Source of the DNA: Acidobacteriota bacterium
Lineage (GTDB): Bacteria > Acidobacteriota > UBA6911 > RPQK01 > JAJDTT01
NCBI GenBank assembly: GCA_965263035.1
Contig: OZ253580.1
Coordinates: forward strand, 2,592,001 to 2,656,000
Length of the DNA stretch: 64,000 nucleotides
Reading direction: 5' to 3'
The notes under the pieces were generated by a model that had not been told where the DNA came from, did no database searches, and saw nothing but the letters and a program-made list of their open reading frames with translations. Below are positions 40,429 to 53,691 of the stretch, one piece after another; the first letter of the stretch is position 1; each line of letters begins with the position of its first letter. The translations under genes and the position numbers were made by a program.

Positions 40429-43400
40429 TCACATCGGTCCCGGTGTCCTCAAACGCTGAAGATATTCCAACAGATCGGCCATGGCGGCGGGGCTGATCTC
40501 TTCCTCCAGACCCTCTGGCATGGTGGAGACGCTGGAGACCCGCAACGTCGCGATGCTGCTCCGGAGCAGGGTCTCCTCCTCCCCTTCCTCGCGCCGGAGG
40601 GTGACGGAGGTGGAACTCTCCCGGGCGATGACCCCGCTCACCGTGGCGCCGCTACGAGTTTCTACGACATAGGTTTCGTAGCCCGGCGTCAGGTTGAGAT
40701 TCGGGTCCAGTATCTTGGTGAGGAAGAACTTCCTGGGCCGTCGCCGGACCACGTCCGTGAGATCCGGACCGACTTCGCTTCCCATGCCGTCCAGAAGGTG
40801 ACACCGGCTGCAATTTTCGCGAAAGATCTCTCTTCCCCTGCGAACCTCCCCCTTGGCCGAGAGGGCGGACCGGTACCGTTCGACCAGGCCCTCGCGGCCC
40901 TCGGACAGATCGCCGAACAGTCCCTCGGCGCGTCGCCGAACCTCCTCATCCGGCGATTCGAGGAGCTGATTGATCCGGGCCCGGCCCAGGGTCCAGACCT
41001 GGACTCCCTTTTCCTGGACGCCGTCCAAGAGTGCACTCACGAATTCCTTCCGGGCCAGCAAACCTTCCCACGCCGCCTTGCGGACCGGTTCGGTGGCACT
41101 CCCCCATTCTCGGAGCAGGAACGGCACGACTTTCGGGCTCCCGGACCTGAGGAGCGACCTGACCGCCGCTAACTGGACTTCCGGAGCCTCCTGCGGCGTC
41201 ACCAGCCGCTGCAGAGCGCGCGTGGCCGCGTCGGCCGGACCCAGACCCAGGATCCGGATCGCGTTCACGCGGGCGGCTTCGTCCGTCCGGCTTTTGGAAT
41301 CCTCGAGCGCCGTGGCAACCAACCGCCGCAACCGGGGGGAATCGGAGAGCACGAGACGGTCGGCCAGATCCAGAGCGGCCGCCGCCACGGCCGGCGCCGG
41401 CGAGCGCATCAACCGGAACAGAAGGCGCTCGTTGCTTCGACCCAGGCGAATCCGGGCTTCGGCGCCCTGGCGCAGACCCTGGCCCAATCCCGCCAGCAGG
41501 GCGCTTCGCCACCACTTGCCGCCAGCTTCCACGCCACTGGCCGTCGGCTGGAGCACTTCCGTGATCCCGGCTTCCTGCTGACGAGCACCCAGGATCGCCG
41601 CGAGCCTCACCAGGAATTCCTCTTTGCCCTCGGTTCCGGAAGCGAGGAAGGCGTCGTTCCGGGTCACGGTCCGGAGCCAGCGGCCGGCGTTTTCGGACGC
41701 CGAAGTCAGGACGGCGGTCTGCAGCCAGCGGTCCTCCGGATGGCGCGCCAGGAGCCGGCTCAGAGGACCGAAGGACTGCGATTCCGGGAGCCGGCCCAGG
41801 GTGCAGGCAAGCTGGAACTGAACGCGCCGGTCGGGATCATCGACCAGCTTCAACAGCCGCTTCACCAGCCGCGGGGAATCGAACTGCTCGGAGAGCCGAA
41901 TCGCATGTTCCCGAACCCTCGCGTCGCCGTCGCCGAGCGCCCGCGCGGTCAGGCCGGCTTCGAGACCTCCCAACCCGTCAAGCGTCCAGAGCGTATGAAT
42001 TCGGGACTCCGGTCCGTCGGCGGAAACCGCCAGTTCCCGAAGGACGGGAACGACCGACTGGTCCTGCCGCTCGACCAGCAGACGCTGGGCGGTGATCCGC
42101 CACCACATGTTGGAATGGGACAGCGCCTCCACCAGGCGCCCGGAACCGGAGTCTTGCAGGTTCGGCGTCCCGTCCGCCTCGCCCGTCTCAGGGACCACCC
42201 GATAGATGCGTCCCCGGCCGGCGCCGGCTCGCAGGTCGAATCGGCCTTCCAGATCTTCCGGGACGTAGTCCGGATGCTCGACGTACTTGCGGTAGTAGTC
42301 GACCACGTAGAGCGCTCCGTCCGGCCCCACGGTCGTGAACACCGGCTTGAACCAGGCGTCGGTGGAAGCCAGGAACTCCCGTTCCTCGAAGGCCCGGCGG
42401 GCGGAGAAGGTCGCCCCCGAGGGGGAGAGCAGGTCGCAGTGCACCAGGTTGTGCAACGGGTCGCACACGAAATAGGCGCCTCTCAGCCTCTCCGGAAACC
42501 GGGCGGCGTTGTAGACGGAGTTCCCGCAACTGGAGGTGAATATTCCGACCTGCGATTCGTGGACGTAGACGGGATTTCGCGAGATGGGATAGACGGTGGA
42601 CTGATTTTCGTGATCGGAAGGAAACTCCATGGCGGAGGAGACCGGCAGGTATGGATTCCGCGACAGGTAACGGTACGCGATGACGGGATGGCGGATGTGG
42701 TTGTTGTTCCACAGACCGAAGCGGTTACCGGCGGCGTCGAAGGCGTTTCCGTATTGGGAGTTCCCGGCCACCGGCTCCAGCTGCAACCGGTCCGGCCGGA
42801 ACCGGAAATCGGTGCCCAGCGCCGCGACGTCGACGGCCGCGGCTTCCGGACGGCCGGGAAAATGGAGGGGTTCGCCCGTCAGTCCGAACTGTTCAGGATT
42901 GCGCCGCGACGGTCCGACCTTGGGGTAGACCCCGTAGATCCAGTTGTCGATGCCGTACAGGAGCCCGTTGACCCGAAGCTGGGGATTGTAGCGGTTGAAT
43001 CCGGTGAGAATCACCCGCCGTTCGTCGGCCCGCAGGTCGCCGTCCAAGTCGGGAAGATAGAGGATGTGCGGGGCGGCGGCCACCAGGACACCCTCCTTCC
43101 ACGGCATCAGTCCGGTCGGAAAGGCCAGCTCTTCGGCATAGACGTGACTACGGTCGAACTTTCCGCCGCCGGAGTCCTCCAAGACCACGACCCGGCCCTG
43201 AGGTTCCGATTGCATGGGATAGTCGCCCATCTCCAGGACGAAGAGGCGTCCCCGGCCGTCGAAGGCGATTGCCACCGGATCCGCCACCAGCGGCTCGGCC
43301 GCCACCAGCTCGATCTTGAACCCCGGCGGCAACTGGAACGTTTTCAGGGCTTCCTGGGGCGGAAACGGCGGCGTGTTCCCGCGTCCACAGCTCGCCAGGA

Positions 43401-43473
43401 GGGCGCAACAAACGGCGCCCAAAAGCGATCGGCTCACGCTGCCAGGAGCCATTGAGGCGCGGGGTCGGATCAT
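40429..43473 (-). CDS. PVC-type heme-binding protein (propeller dehydrogenase, HEAT repeats, cytochrome c), probable lipoprotein
   Basis: LASC lipobox; ELVAAEPLVADPVAIAFD, GPDGALYVVD, CSRCH...VGPDLT and STMPEGLE. Confidence 0.87.
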   Translation of the reverse strand: MIRPRASMAPGSVSRSLLGAVCCALLASCGRGNTPPFPPQEALKTFQLPPGFKIELVAAEPLVADPVAIAFDGRGRLFVLEMGDYPMQSEPQGRVVVLEDSGGGKFDRSHVYAEELAFPTGLMPWKEGVLVAAAPHILYLPDLDGDLRADERRVILTGFNRYNPQLRVNGLLYGIDNWIYGVYPKVGPSRRNPEQFGLTGEPLHFPGRPEAAAVDVAALGTDFRFRPDRLQLEPVAGNSQYGNAFDAAGNRFGLWNNNHIRHPVIAYRYLSRNPYLPVSSAMEFPSDHENQSTVYPISRNPVYVHESQVGIFTSSCGNSVYNAARFPERLRGAYFVCDPLHNLVHCDLLSPSGATFSARRAFEEREFLASTDAWFKPVFTTVGPDGALYVVDYYRKYVEHPDYVPEDLEGRFDLRAGAGRGRIYRVVPETGEADGTPNLQDSGSGRLVEALSHSNMWWRITAQRLLVERQDQSVVPVLRELAVSADGPESRIHTLWTLDGLGGLEAGLTARALGDGDARVREHAIRLSEQFDSPRLVKRLLKLVDDPDRRVQFQLACTLGRLPESQSFGPLSRLLARHPEDRWLQTAVLTSASENAGRWLRTVTRNDAFLASGTEGKEEFLVRLAAILGARQQEAGITEVLQPTASGVEAGGKWWRSALLAGLGQGLRQGAEARIRLGRSNERLLFRLMRSPAPAVAAAALDLADRLVLSDSPRLRRLVATALEDSKSRTDEAARVNAIRILGLGPADAATRALQRLVTPQEAPEVQLAAVRSLLRSGSPKVVPFLLREWGSATEPVRKAAWEGLLARKEFVSALLDGVQEKGVQVWTLGRARINQLLESPDEEVRRRAEGLFGDLSEGREGLVERYRSALSAKGEVRRGREIFRENCSRCHLLDGMGSEVGPDLTDVVRRRPRKFFLTKILDPNLNLTPGYETYVVETRSGATVSGVIARESSTSVTLRREEGEEETLLRSSIATLRVSSVSTMPEGLEEEISPAAMADLLEYLQRLRTPGPM

Positions 43474-43628
43474 TCGTTGGAAAAATACTCTTTGCGGCGG
43501 CCTCCGACCCGCCGCCGGGTCCCAAGTCTGACTGGAAGTATAGTCCGCTGCGGCGGCCGAGGCCACGTCCCCGCGGTTCCAAGAGGACGGCAGCGTAGGA
43601 TCCGCCTTGCCTCCGGCGGCACCGCGAA

Positions 43629-44714
43629 CTATCCGGGAATCCGGGTCCGTTCCACGGTCGCGCCGTCGAAATGGTGTCCTCCGGCGGCGCGAGGCAGGGG
43701 TAGCTCCACGGCGGCGCCGGTCCGATTGGAGAGATGGGTGGCCTCGATCATCTCTATTGCGGCACGGCCGTCCTCGCCCGAAACAGCGGGAGGACGCCCG
43801 TGGCGCAGGCAGTCCACGAAGTCCTGGGTCTGAACGAAAAAGGCCTCCAGGCGCTTGGGCTCGAACGGTTTGTTGAGGAAGTCGATCCCCGGCATCTCCC
43901 AGACGTCTCGCCACTCTCCTCCTGTCGCCAGTCGAAGCTTTCCGAAGTGTTCGGCTTCGAGCATTCCCTTCTCACCCCAGACCCGGACGAAATCCATCAT
44001 GCGCGGGAATCCGGGCTCGGGGAGTTCGTGGCTCATCCACACCTGGGCGCTGGCGCCACGAGAGAAATGGACCTGCGCCATGGCGTTCCGGGCCTGCCAG
44101 TTCGGGGCCGAATGAGCGTTCACCGTGCCGAAGAGCCGGACCGGCTCGTCGTCGATCAGAAAGCGGAGCATATCGAAGCTGTGGGAACAGCGATCCAGGA
44201 TGTCGCCTCCGTTGTCGAAGTCCAAGAGCCAGGGTTTCCCAGGCTCGCGCAGCGGCCACAAGGTGTTCATCTGCACCATCCGCACTTCCCCGATCCGCCC
44301 CGCTTGGATCAGCTTTCGGGCGCGGGCGAAGACGCCACGATACCGCAGGGTGTGGATCACGCTGAGCGTGACTCCGGCCTCGCGGCAGGCGGCGATCATG
44401 GCGTCGCAATCGGCCACGTTGGTCATCATCGGTTTCTCGACCAGGACGTGTTTGCCGTGTCTGGCGGCGGCGATGGTCTGCTCGGCGTGCAGCTTGTGGA
44501 TCGTTGCCAAGAGCACGGCATCGACGTGCTCGCTGCGTAGCATGTCCTCGTAGCCGGGGAAATTCTTGACGCCGAAATCGGCCGCCAACCGGGGCGCTCG
44601 ACTTCCCTGAGTGACCCCCGCGAGCTCGACCCCCTCATTGTGGTCTCTCACGCAATGGGCATAGGTCCGGCCCATATACCCCGATCCCACGATGCCCAAC
44701 CGTACGACGTCCAT
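43629..44714 (-). CDS. Gfo/Idh/MocA-family oxidoreductase
   Basis: GIVGSGYMG, GKHVLVEKPM and GGDILDRCSHSFD. Confidence 0.92.
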   Translation of the reverse strand: MDVVRLGIVGSGYMGRTYAHCVRDHNEGVELAGVTQGSRAPRLAADFGVKNFPGYEDMLRSEHVDAVLLATIHKLHAEQTIAAARHGKHVLVEKPMMTNVADCDAMIAACREAGVTLSVIHTLRYRGVFARARKLIQAGRIGEVRMVQMNTLWPLREPGKPWLLDFDNGGDILDRCSHSFDMLRFLIDDEPVRLFGTVNAHSAPNWQARNAMAQVHFSRGASAQVWMSHELPEPGFPRMMDFVRVWGEKGMLEAEHFGKLRLATGGEWRDVWEMPGIDFLNKPFEPKRLEAFFVQTQDFVDCLRHGRPPAVSGEDGRAAIEMIEATHLSNRTGAAVELPLPRAAGGHHFDGATVERTRIPG

Positions 44715-44906
44715 GGCATGCTCCCCTGTTGCTGTCCGGTACCCGAAATCGAGAAGATTCTACACCGGCGCCGTCCCGCTGGAAGAGCGGCTCCCCGGCC
44801 AAGGCTACCCGGAAAATCCATAGTGGCGTTCAGGACCGCCGGCTGGTAGCTTCAGGCGGGGTCCGGAACGGAGCCGGCAGCGCGGGCGCCGGGAAAGGAG
44901 TCGGGT

Positions 44907-46025
44907 ATGGCCACGATCGAGATTCTTGACCACCACATCGTCTACGAGAACCCGCAACCCCATAATCGATCCCGTCATGGATACTTCCCCGGCCTGGTAA
45001 AACTGCCCTCGGGTGAACTGCTGGGACTCTTCGTCTTGGGGGAGGCCTTCGAAGCGACCAACGTGACGACGTTCGTGACCCGTTCCCAGGATCAGGGACG
45101 CACATGGAATCTACCGGGTCCGCTACACCGCAAGGAAGAGGCGTACCGCCACAACTCCGACTATCTGAAGCCGACCCTCCTGGATGACGGCAGGCTGATG
45201 GCTCTAGGCTATCGATTCCATCGCACCGATCCGGATCAGACCATCGCCAACCCCGACCCTGCCGTCGACGGCATTCGAGGGGGAGACAACCTGGTTTCAT
45301 TCTCCCATGACGACGGAGTCACCTGGTCCCATCCCAGGATCGTACCGCGGACCCGGCCGGAGTTGATCGAACAGTCCGGCCCGGCCATTCAGCTCCGCAA
45401 CAGGGTGATTCTGGGCGCCGGCTCGCTGTTCCCCAGGTGGGACGGAAGCAATCCCGGTGGCTGCGTCGGAGCCCTTCTGCGAAGCGAGGACGGAGGCGAT
45501 ACCTGGGATGACCGAACCAATTTCTTCCAGGACCCGTCCGGCCGCTATGCGCCGTCGGAACCGCGGTTGTGTGAAATGCAAGTGAACCGCATCGTCTCCT
45601 TGAACTGGATGATGGACCATGTCCAGGGGACCAACACCACCAATCACGTCACCGTGTCCCACGATGGCGGCGCGACCTGGTCGAGCCCCATCGACACCGG
45701 CGTCTGGGGGCAGGCTTCGAACCTGATGCACTGGGCCGGCGACATCCTGCTGACGGCCCACTGCCATCGCGAAGGAGAGGACATCGGCGTGTTCGTGAGG
45801 ATCGTCGATTTCTCGCGCGACCGCTGGCGGACGGTCGAAACGGCCAAGGTCTGGGGCAACGCCCCCTCCAAGCGGATCGCCGTCTATTCCAACATGGGCC
45901 GGAACCTCCGATTCGGCCAAGCCTCGTTGCTGCGCTTGGACGACGGCGATGTGCTCGTAACCCACTGGGCCATCGAAGAGGGCCAGGGGCGAATCCGCAC
46001 GCACCGGATTCGGGTTCGAATGTAG
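44907..46025 (+). CDS. Sialidase-like BNR/Asp-box propeller protein
   Basis: FP motif plus four Asp boxes ([32 protein letters not shown]). Confidence 0.85.
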   Translation: MATIEILDHHIVYENPQPHNRSRHGYFPGLVKLPSGELLGLFVLGEAFEATNVTTFVTRSQDQGRTWNLPGPLHRKEEAYRHNSDYLKPTLLDDGRLMALGYRFHRTDPDQTIANPDPAVDGIRGGDNLVSFSHDDGVTWSHPRIVPRTRPELIEQSGPAIQLRNRVILGAGSLFPRWDGSNPGGCVGALLRSEDGGDTWDDRTNFFQDPSGRYAPSEPRLCEMQVNRIVSLNWMMDHVQGTNTTNHVTVSHDGGATWSSPIDTGVWGQASNLMHWAGDILLTAHCHREGEDIGVFVRIVDFSRDRWRTVETAKVWGNAPSKRIAVYSNMGRNLRFGQASLLRLDDGDVLVTHWAIEEGQGRIRTHRIRVRM

Positions 46026-46137
46026 ATTTCTCCTCAGGCGCTGCTCGTCCACTTTACCTCCCGCGCACTCCTCTTTTCTCTTTTCTCACTTCTCTCCTCC
46101 GTTGACCGTCCCCGGACCGATCTCATATTATTCTTCG

Positions 46138-47598
<1,461 letters not shown>

Positions 47599-47636
47599 CC
47601 GCTTCCAGCCGTCCGTTGCCAGCCCGCTATCGGAAC

Positions 47637-48665
47637 CTATACCAACGTCGGCTCGGCAATATTCTTGCCCACGGCCTGGGCGATCCGGCGCATGTCGTCC
47701 ATGAGGCTGCCGAACTGGCTCATGTACAACGACTGGGCTCCGTCGCACAGCGCGTTCTCCGGATCCTGGTGCACCTCGATGAGGAGGCCGTCCGCACCCA
47801 CCGCCACGGCGGCCCGGGCCAGCGGAGCCACCCGGTTCCGGATTCCCACCGCATGGCTCGGGTCCACCACGATGGGAAGATGGCTGATCTGCTTGACCAC
47901 CGGAACGGCGGAGAGATCCAGGGTGTTCCGGGTCAGGTTCTCGAAGGTCCGGATCCCTCTCTCGCAGAGGAGGACGTTGTGGTTCCCCTCGGCCATGATG
48001 TATTCGGCCGCCAGGAGCAGATCGGTGATGGTGGCGCTCATGCCGCGCTTCAGAAGCGCCGGAATGCCGCTCTTTCCAATGTCCCGCAACAGATTGTAGT
48101 TCTGCATGTTCCGGGTTCCGATCTGAATGATATCGATGTAGTCGTGGGCCAAAGGAATCTGGGCCGATTCCATGACTTCCGAGATCACCAGCAGGCCGTG
48201 CCGGTCCGCTGCCTTGCGGATGATCTGGAGTCCCTTTTCTCCGTGGCCCTGAAAGGAATAGGGGGAAGTTCTGGGCTTGAAGGCGCCACCGCGCATGACT
48301 CTGGCCCCGGCTTCCTTGACCGCAGCCGCGACCTCTTCACACTGATCCACGGATTCGATGGTGCACGGCCCGGCCATGATCACCACCTCCTCCCCGCCGA
48401 ACTCGATGTCGCCGACCCGCACCCGGCTGCCCTCGGCGTGGAACGCCCGCGAGGCCAGCTTGTAGGGTTCGCTGATGCGGTGGACCCCCCGGACACCGCT
48501 CATGGCCTCGTAGTCCCGAGTGTTCACGATCTTGGCTCCAACGGCTCCCAGCACCGTATAGTCCACACCCGTCGACCGATGCACGTCGAAACCGTTAGCG
48601 ACGAGCTTGTCGACCACGTGTTCCACCTGTTCCGAAGTTGCGTTGTGTTCCATGACGACGACCAT
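47637..48665 (-). CDS. aroF: DAHP synthase type I-beta with N-terminal regulatory domain
   Basis: AGPCTIES, GAFKPRTSPYSFQG, CERGIRTFE, VDPSH and ALCDG. Confidence 0.95.
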   Translation of the reverse strand: MVVVMEHNATSEQVEHVVDKLVANGFDVHRSTGVDYTVLGAVGAKIVNTRDYEAMSGVRGVHRISEPYKLASRAFHAEGSRVRVGDIEFGGEEVVIMAGPCTIESVDQCEEVAAAVKEAGARVMRGGAFKPRTSPYSFQGHGEKGLQIIRKAADRHGLLVISEVMESAQIPLAHDYIDIIQIGTRNMQNYNLLRDIGKSGIPALLKRGMSATITDLLLAAEYIMAEGNHNVLLCERGIRTFENLTRNTLDLSAVPVVKQISHLPIVVDPSHAVGIRNRVAPLARAAVAVGADGLLIEVHQDPENALCDGAQSLYMSQFGSLMDDMRRIAQAVGKNIAEPTLV

Positions 48666-48684
48666 GATGGGTTCCTTTCTCTAG

Positions 48685-48843
48685 CAGTCCGTGGTGAAAG
48701 TCCCGCGAGCCCCGAGACCGGTCCTGCGCCCGCCGGACAAGACGCGGTGAGGGAGCATACCGGGAGTATGTGAGCCGATAGCAACGCAGTCCGCGCACGA
48801 TGCAGGGACGGTCGAATGCCGTGACGACTTTTGCCACGGGCTG
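48685..48843 (-). mobile_element. MITE family A, copy 4 (159 bp, inverted)
   Basis: Same sequence in reverse; flanks CTAG / CTCG (TSD with 1 mismatch). Confidence 0.85.
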
Positions 48844-48872
48844 CTCGCTGCCGATACACGTTCATCCCGGAC

Positions 48873-49148
48873 CTAACCGCTTTTGCGGTACTCCCGCTCC
48901 ACTCGTCGAGACTCGTCGATGATCCTCTCGAACAGGCGCTTGATGGCGGCTTTGGACAAGGGGCCGCGCGTGGCCTCTTGAACCAGCCTGATCACCTCAT
49001 CCTCGCGCTTCGGATCATAGATGCCCAAGTTCAGCTTCTGTTTGAGCTTGACGATTTCGATCGCACACCGGCTGCGGCGATTGAGAAGTTCCACCAATTG
49101 GAGATTCATCTGGTCGATTTCGCTGCGCCAGTGGTCGATGTCAGTCAC
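48873..49148 (-). CDS. Chorismate mutase type II (AroQ)
   Basis: WRSEIDQMN..LVELLNRR...K...YDPKRE...FERIIDESR. Confidence 0.93.
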   Translation of the reverse strand: MTDIDHWRSEIDQMNLQLVELLNRRSRCAIEIVKLKQKLNLGIYDPKREDEVIRLVQEATRGPLSKAAIKRLFERIIDESRRVEREYRKSG

Positions 49149-49178
49149 TCTGGATGCCCCTTTTCGGAATCAGTGGGC

Positions 49179-49213
49179 AAAAAAAAACCGTGGGCTTTTG
49201 GGGTTGCCCACGG
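49179..49213 (-). terminator. Attenuator terminator upstream of chorismate mutase
   Basis: Minus strand reads CCGTGGGC-AACCCCAAAA-GCCCACGG-T9. Confidence 0.88.
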
Positions 49214-49245
49214 CCTCAGGATCGCTTGCGATGGCAGGCCGACCC

Positions 49246-49317
49246 TCAGCCGTTTCTAAAAAAATAATAGAAGCCCCGTAGACCCACCATCATCGCCCTT
49301 TGAACGTAGAGATTCAC
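49246..49317 (-). CDS. Phe/Tyr attenuator leader peptide MNLYVQRAMMVGLRGFYYFFRNG
   Basis: GGAG SD, GTG start, five consecutive F/Y codons, followed by alternative hairpins and a terminator. Confidence 0.85.
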   Translation of the reverse strand: MNLYVQRAMMVGLRGFYYFFRNG

Positions 49318-50089
49318 AGTACTCCAGAATTATCCTGGGATCAAGTGCTCTCGGGCGAAACGGCCGACTTGCCTGGGCAGATCGGCATCATGCCGGTGCT
49401 CGTCGACGAACCGGACCAGGGCGGTTCCGATCACCGCGGCATCGGCATACCGCCAAACCCGACGGACGTCCTGGGCCGAGGTGATCCCGAATCCCACGGC
49501 GATGGGAAGGGAGGAGTATTTCCGCAACCGGCGGATCGTCGCCGGCACCTGCGACTCGACGTCGGACCTTTTTCCGGTGACTCCGGTTCGAGCCACCAGA
49601 TAGACGAAGCCGCCGCTGGCCCGGCTCACCCTCCCGAGTCTCTCGTCCGACGAGGTCGGCGCCGCCAGGAAGATGACGTCGAGTCCCGTTACGCAGTTCC
49701 TGGGGTCGCCCTGCTCCCGGAATCGGGTGTGCTCCTCGGGGGTCAGATCCGAGATGATGATGCCGTCCAGCCCGGCCGCGACGGCTTCACCTGCCAACCG
49801 TCCCGGTCCGTAGCTCCAGACCGGGTTCATATAGGTCATGAATACGAGGCCGGCGTCGACCCTGTTCCGCAGTCTCCGAACCAGTTCGATGTAGTCCGGA
49901 ATGCCGTAGCCGTGACGGAGCGCCCGATAGGAGGAAGTCTGGATCACCGGCCCGTCCGCGATGGGGTCGGAGAACGGGACTCCGATCTCCACGATATGAG
50001 ATCCGGCCTCTACCAGCTCCAGAACGATCCGCTCAGTCGCTTCCAGGTCCGGATGCCCGGCCGTCACGAAGGGGACGAAACACTTCGGG

Positions 50090-51285
<1,196 letters not shown>

Positions 51286-51289
<4 letters not shown>

Positions 51290-51873
51290 TTGTCGTCGTC
51301 TCCAAATCTGGCGGCGTGCTCTTGAGCCACCTTCAGAAAGGCCCTCAACTTGGCCCGATCCTTGATTCCGGGAGCACTCTCCACTCCGGAACAGACGTCC
51401 ACACCCATGGGATCGAGCCGCTCCAAAGCTTCACTCAGATTCCGAGGCGTCAGCCCGCCGGAGAGGAGAAACGGGCGGTTCAATGACTCCAGAGCGGTCC
51501 AGTCAGCGAGAGTTCCGGTGCCCCAGGAAGTGTCGATGATGACTTCATGCTCGGGAAATCGCGCGGCGCCGGAGGGGCTGGTGGCGATCCAGACCCGCTT
51601 GTCCGTACTCGGGATCTGGGAGGGGTCCTCGATCCCGTGCAACTGGATGGCGTCGAAGGGAAGCCGCATCCACAAGTCCTCGCCGGGCCGCGCCACCGCA
51701 ATAGCCACCGGAAGAATGTCAGGCGGAAGCTCGCCGGCCAGGGCTTGAGCCCGTTCCGGCTCCAGGTAGCGGGGGCTGGGGGGATAGAAGTTGAAGCCGA
51801 GGGCATTGGCGCCGTACCGGACCGAGTCCAAAGCGTCCCGGCGGCGGGTGATTCCACACACCTTGATGATCAT
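51286..51873 (-). CDS. trpF: Phosphoribosylanthranilate isomerase
   Basis: IKVCGIT, SPRY, QLHG, LSGGLTP.N and GVDVCSGVE. Confidence 0.94.
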
Positions 51874-52694
51874 CTCCGGAGGCTCCGGCTCAGTTCTTTC
51901 TCCCGGTTTTCGGAAGCATCGGATTGCAACAGTTCTCTCAATCCGGCTCCCGGGTCGGAGGAGTCCATCAGCAGAGAGCCCACCAGGAAGGCGTCGAAGC
52001 CGGCGTCGCCCAACTCGACCAGTTGGACATGTTCGCGGATTCCCGACTCCGACACCAGGACGAACCCTGTCTCCCCCTCCAGCAGCCTGGCCAGCTTGAA
52101 GGATGTGCCCAGGTCCACCTGAAAGGTTTTCAGGTCCCGGTTGTTGACGCCTATGATGCGGGCCCCGCTTTCCACGGCCGTCTCCAGTTCGAAGGCATCG
52201 TGGACTTCCACCAGAGCGTCGAGCTGAAAGTCCTGCCCGCCCCGAATCAGCTCCTTGAGCCGGCCCGGAGAGAGGCAGGCGACGATCAGGAGGAAGGCGG
52301 ACGCGCCGTGCGCCCGGGCTTCCGCCAGCTGATACGCATCGAAGATGAAATCCTTCCGCAACAGGGGCAGCCCCGTCTCCTGCTCCCAGACGGCGCGGAT
52401 GAACTCGAGGTCGCCGTGGAAGAAATGCTCTTCGGTCAGGACCGAGATGGCCGCCGCCCCATGCTCCAGATAGAGCCGGCCGATCTCCTGAGGAGGCAGC
52501 CGGCAGGAGAAGGCGCCGCGGCTGGGGCTACGGTACTTGATCTCGGAGATGACATTGATCTGCGGACGAGTCAGCGCCGCCTCGAAGGAGGGGACCGGCC
52601 GGCCGAGGTCGACCCCCAACAGTTCCTCCAGGGGAACCCTGCCCTTGGACTCCGCCAGATCCTCTTTCTTCCTGGCCAGGATCTTATCCAGCAT
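51870..52694 (-). CDS. trpC: Indole-3-glycerol phosphate synthase
   Basis: SEIKYRSPSRG, SVLTE, LLRKDF, GVNNRDL and SESGI. Confidence 0.97.
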   Translation of the reverse strand: MLDKILARKKEDLAESKGRVPLEELLGVDLGRPVPSFEAALTRPQINVISEIKYRSPSRGAFSCRLPPQEIGRLYLEHGAAAISVLTEEHFFHGDLEFIRAVWEQETGLPLLRKDFIFDAYQLAEARAHGASAFLLIVACLSPGRLKELIRGGQDFQLDALVEVHDAFELETAVESGARIIGVNNRDLKTFQVDLGTSFKLARLLEGETGFVLVSESGIREHVQLVELGDAGFDAFLVGSLLMDSSDPGAGLRELLQSDASENREKELSRSLRR

Positions 52695-53691
52695 ACGCTT
52701 CGATCAGCCGATCCAGCTTCCTCACCGCGCTCCCCGAATCGATGGATTCGGCCGCTCGATCCAAGGCCACCTGAAATTCCGACTCTCCCGCCAGGTGAAG
52801 GGCCGCCGCCGCGTTCAAGACCACCAGATCCCGTGGGGAGCCGTGCTGTCTCCCTTCCAGAATTGCCCGGGCCAGCCGGGCGTTGTCTTCCGGGCTGCCT
52901 CCGGAGACGGCCTCCGGGTCCCAAGAAGCGAACGCATGGGGGGCCGGGTCGAACTCGAAGCTGCGGTGCCGGTCCTCCCGGACTTCGGTCACCCAACTGG
53001 GAGCCGCCGTCGAGAGCTCGTCCAGCCCGTCGCGGCTGTGGACCACCCAGGCCCGTCGGCAGCCCAGAGCGGCCAGGGCCTGTCCCAATTTCCAGGTCAA
53101 TTCCCGCGAGTAGACGCCGATGATCTGGTACGGAGCACCCGCGGGATTCGTGAGGGGGCCCAAAAGGTTGAAGATGGTGCGATGCGGCAACTGACGCCGG
53201 ATCTGAACGACTCTCTTCATGGCCGGATGGAACAGGGGAGCGAAGAGAAAGGCGATCCCCAACTCGTCCAGACTCTTCCGGGCGACTTCGGCGGACCGGC
53301 CCACCTGAACTCCCAGAGCCTGGAGGACGTCTGCGCTGCCGCTCCGGGAAGTGGCGGCCCGGTTGCCGTGCTTGGCCACCGGCAGCCCGGCGCCGGCGAT
53401 GACGAAGGCCGCTGCGGTGGAGACGTTGAAAGTGTCCGCTCCTCCTCCCGTTCCGGCCGTGTCGATGAATCTGCGGTGACGGCACCGCAGGCTCACGGCG
53501 TGACGCCTCATGATCCGCGCGAAGCCGGCAATCTCCGAGGGAGTTTCTCCCTTGGAATACAACGCACTCAGAAACGCCATGATCTCCCGGTCCGGCGTTC
53601 CCTCCGCCAGGATCAGCTCCAGGGCCCGGGCGGCCGACTCCTGCGGGAGGTCTCGGGACGCCTCCAACTCTCTGGTCAGCTCCTGCAACAT
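52684..53691 (-). CDS. trpD: Anthranilate phosphoribosyltransferase
   Basis: DTAGTGG, FNVST, KHGNR, SGSADVL, RTIFNLLGPL and DGLDE. Confidence 0.97.
   Translation of the reverse strand: MLQELTRELEASRDLPQESAARALELILAEGTPDREIMAFLSALYSKGETPSEIAGFARIMRRHAVSLRCRHRRFIDTAGTGGGADTFNVSTAAAFVIAGAGLPVAKHGNRAATSRSGSADVLQALGVQVGRSAEVARKSLDELGIAFLFAPLFHPAMKRVVQIRRQLPHRTIFNLLGPLTNPAGAPYQIIGVYSRELTWKLGQALAALGCRRAWVVHSRDGLDELSTAAPSWVTEVREDRHRSFEFDPAPHAFASWDPEAVSGGSPEDNARLARAILEGRQHGSPRDLVVLNAAAALHLAGESEFQVALDRAAESIDSGSAVRKLDRLIEAYAG

Noticed and set aside
46040-46100. Pyrimidine-rich tract upstream of guaB as a purine riboswitch
   Set aside because: No aptamer consensus and too little space; low-complexity sequence only
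48524-48865. Small ORFs sharing MAKVVTAFDR / HILPVCSL-type peptides at several loci
   Set aside because: These are translations of MITE family A, not a protein family
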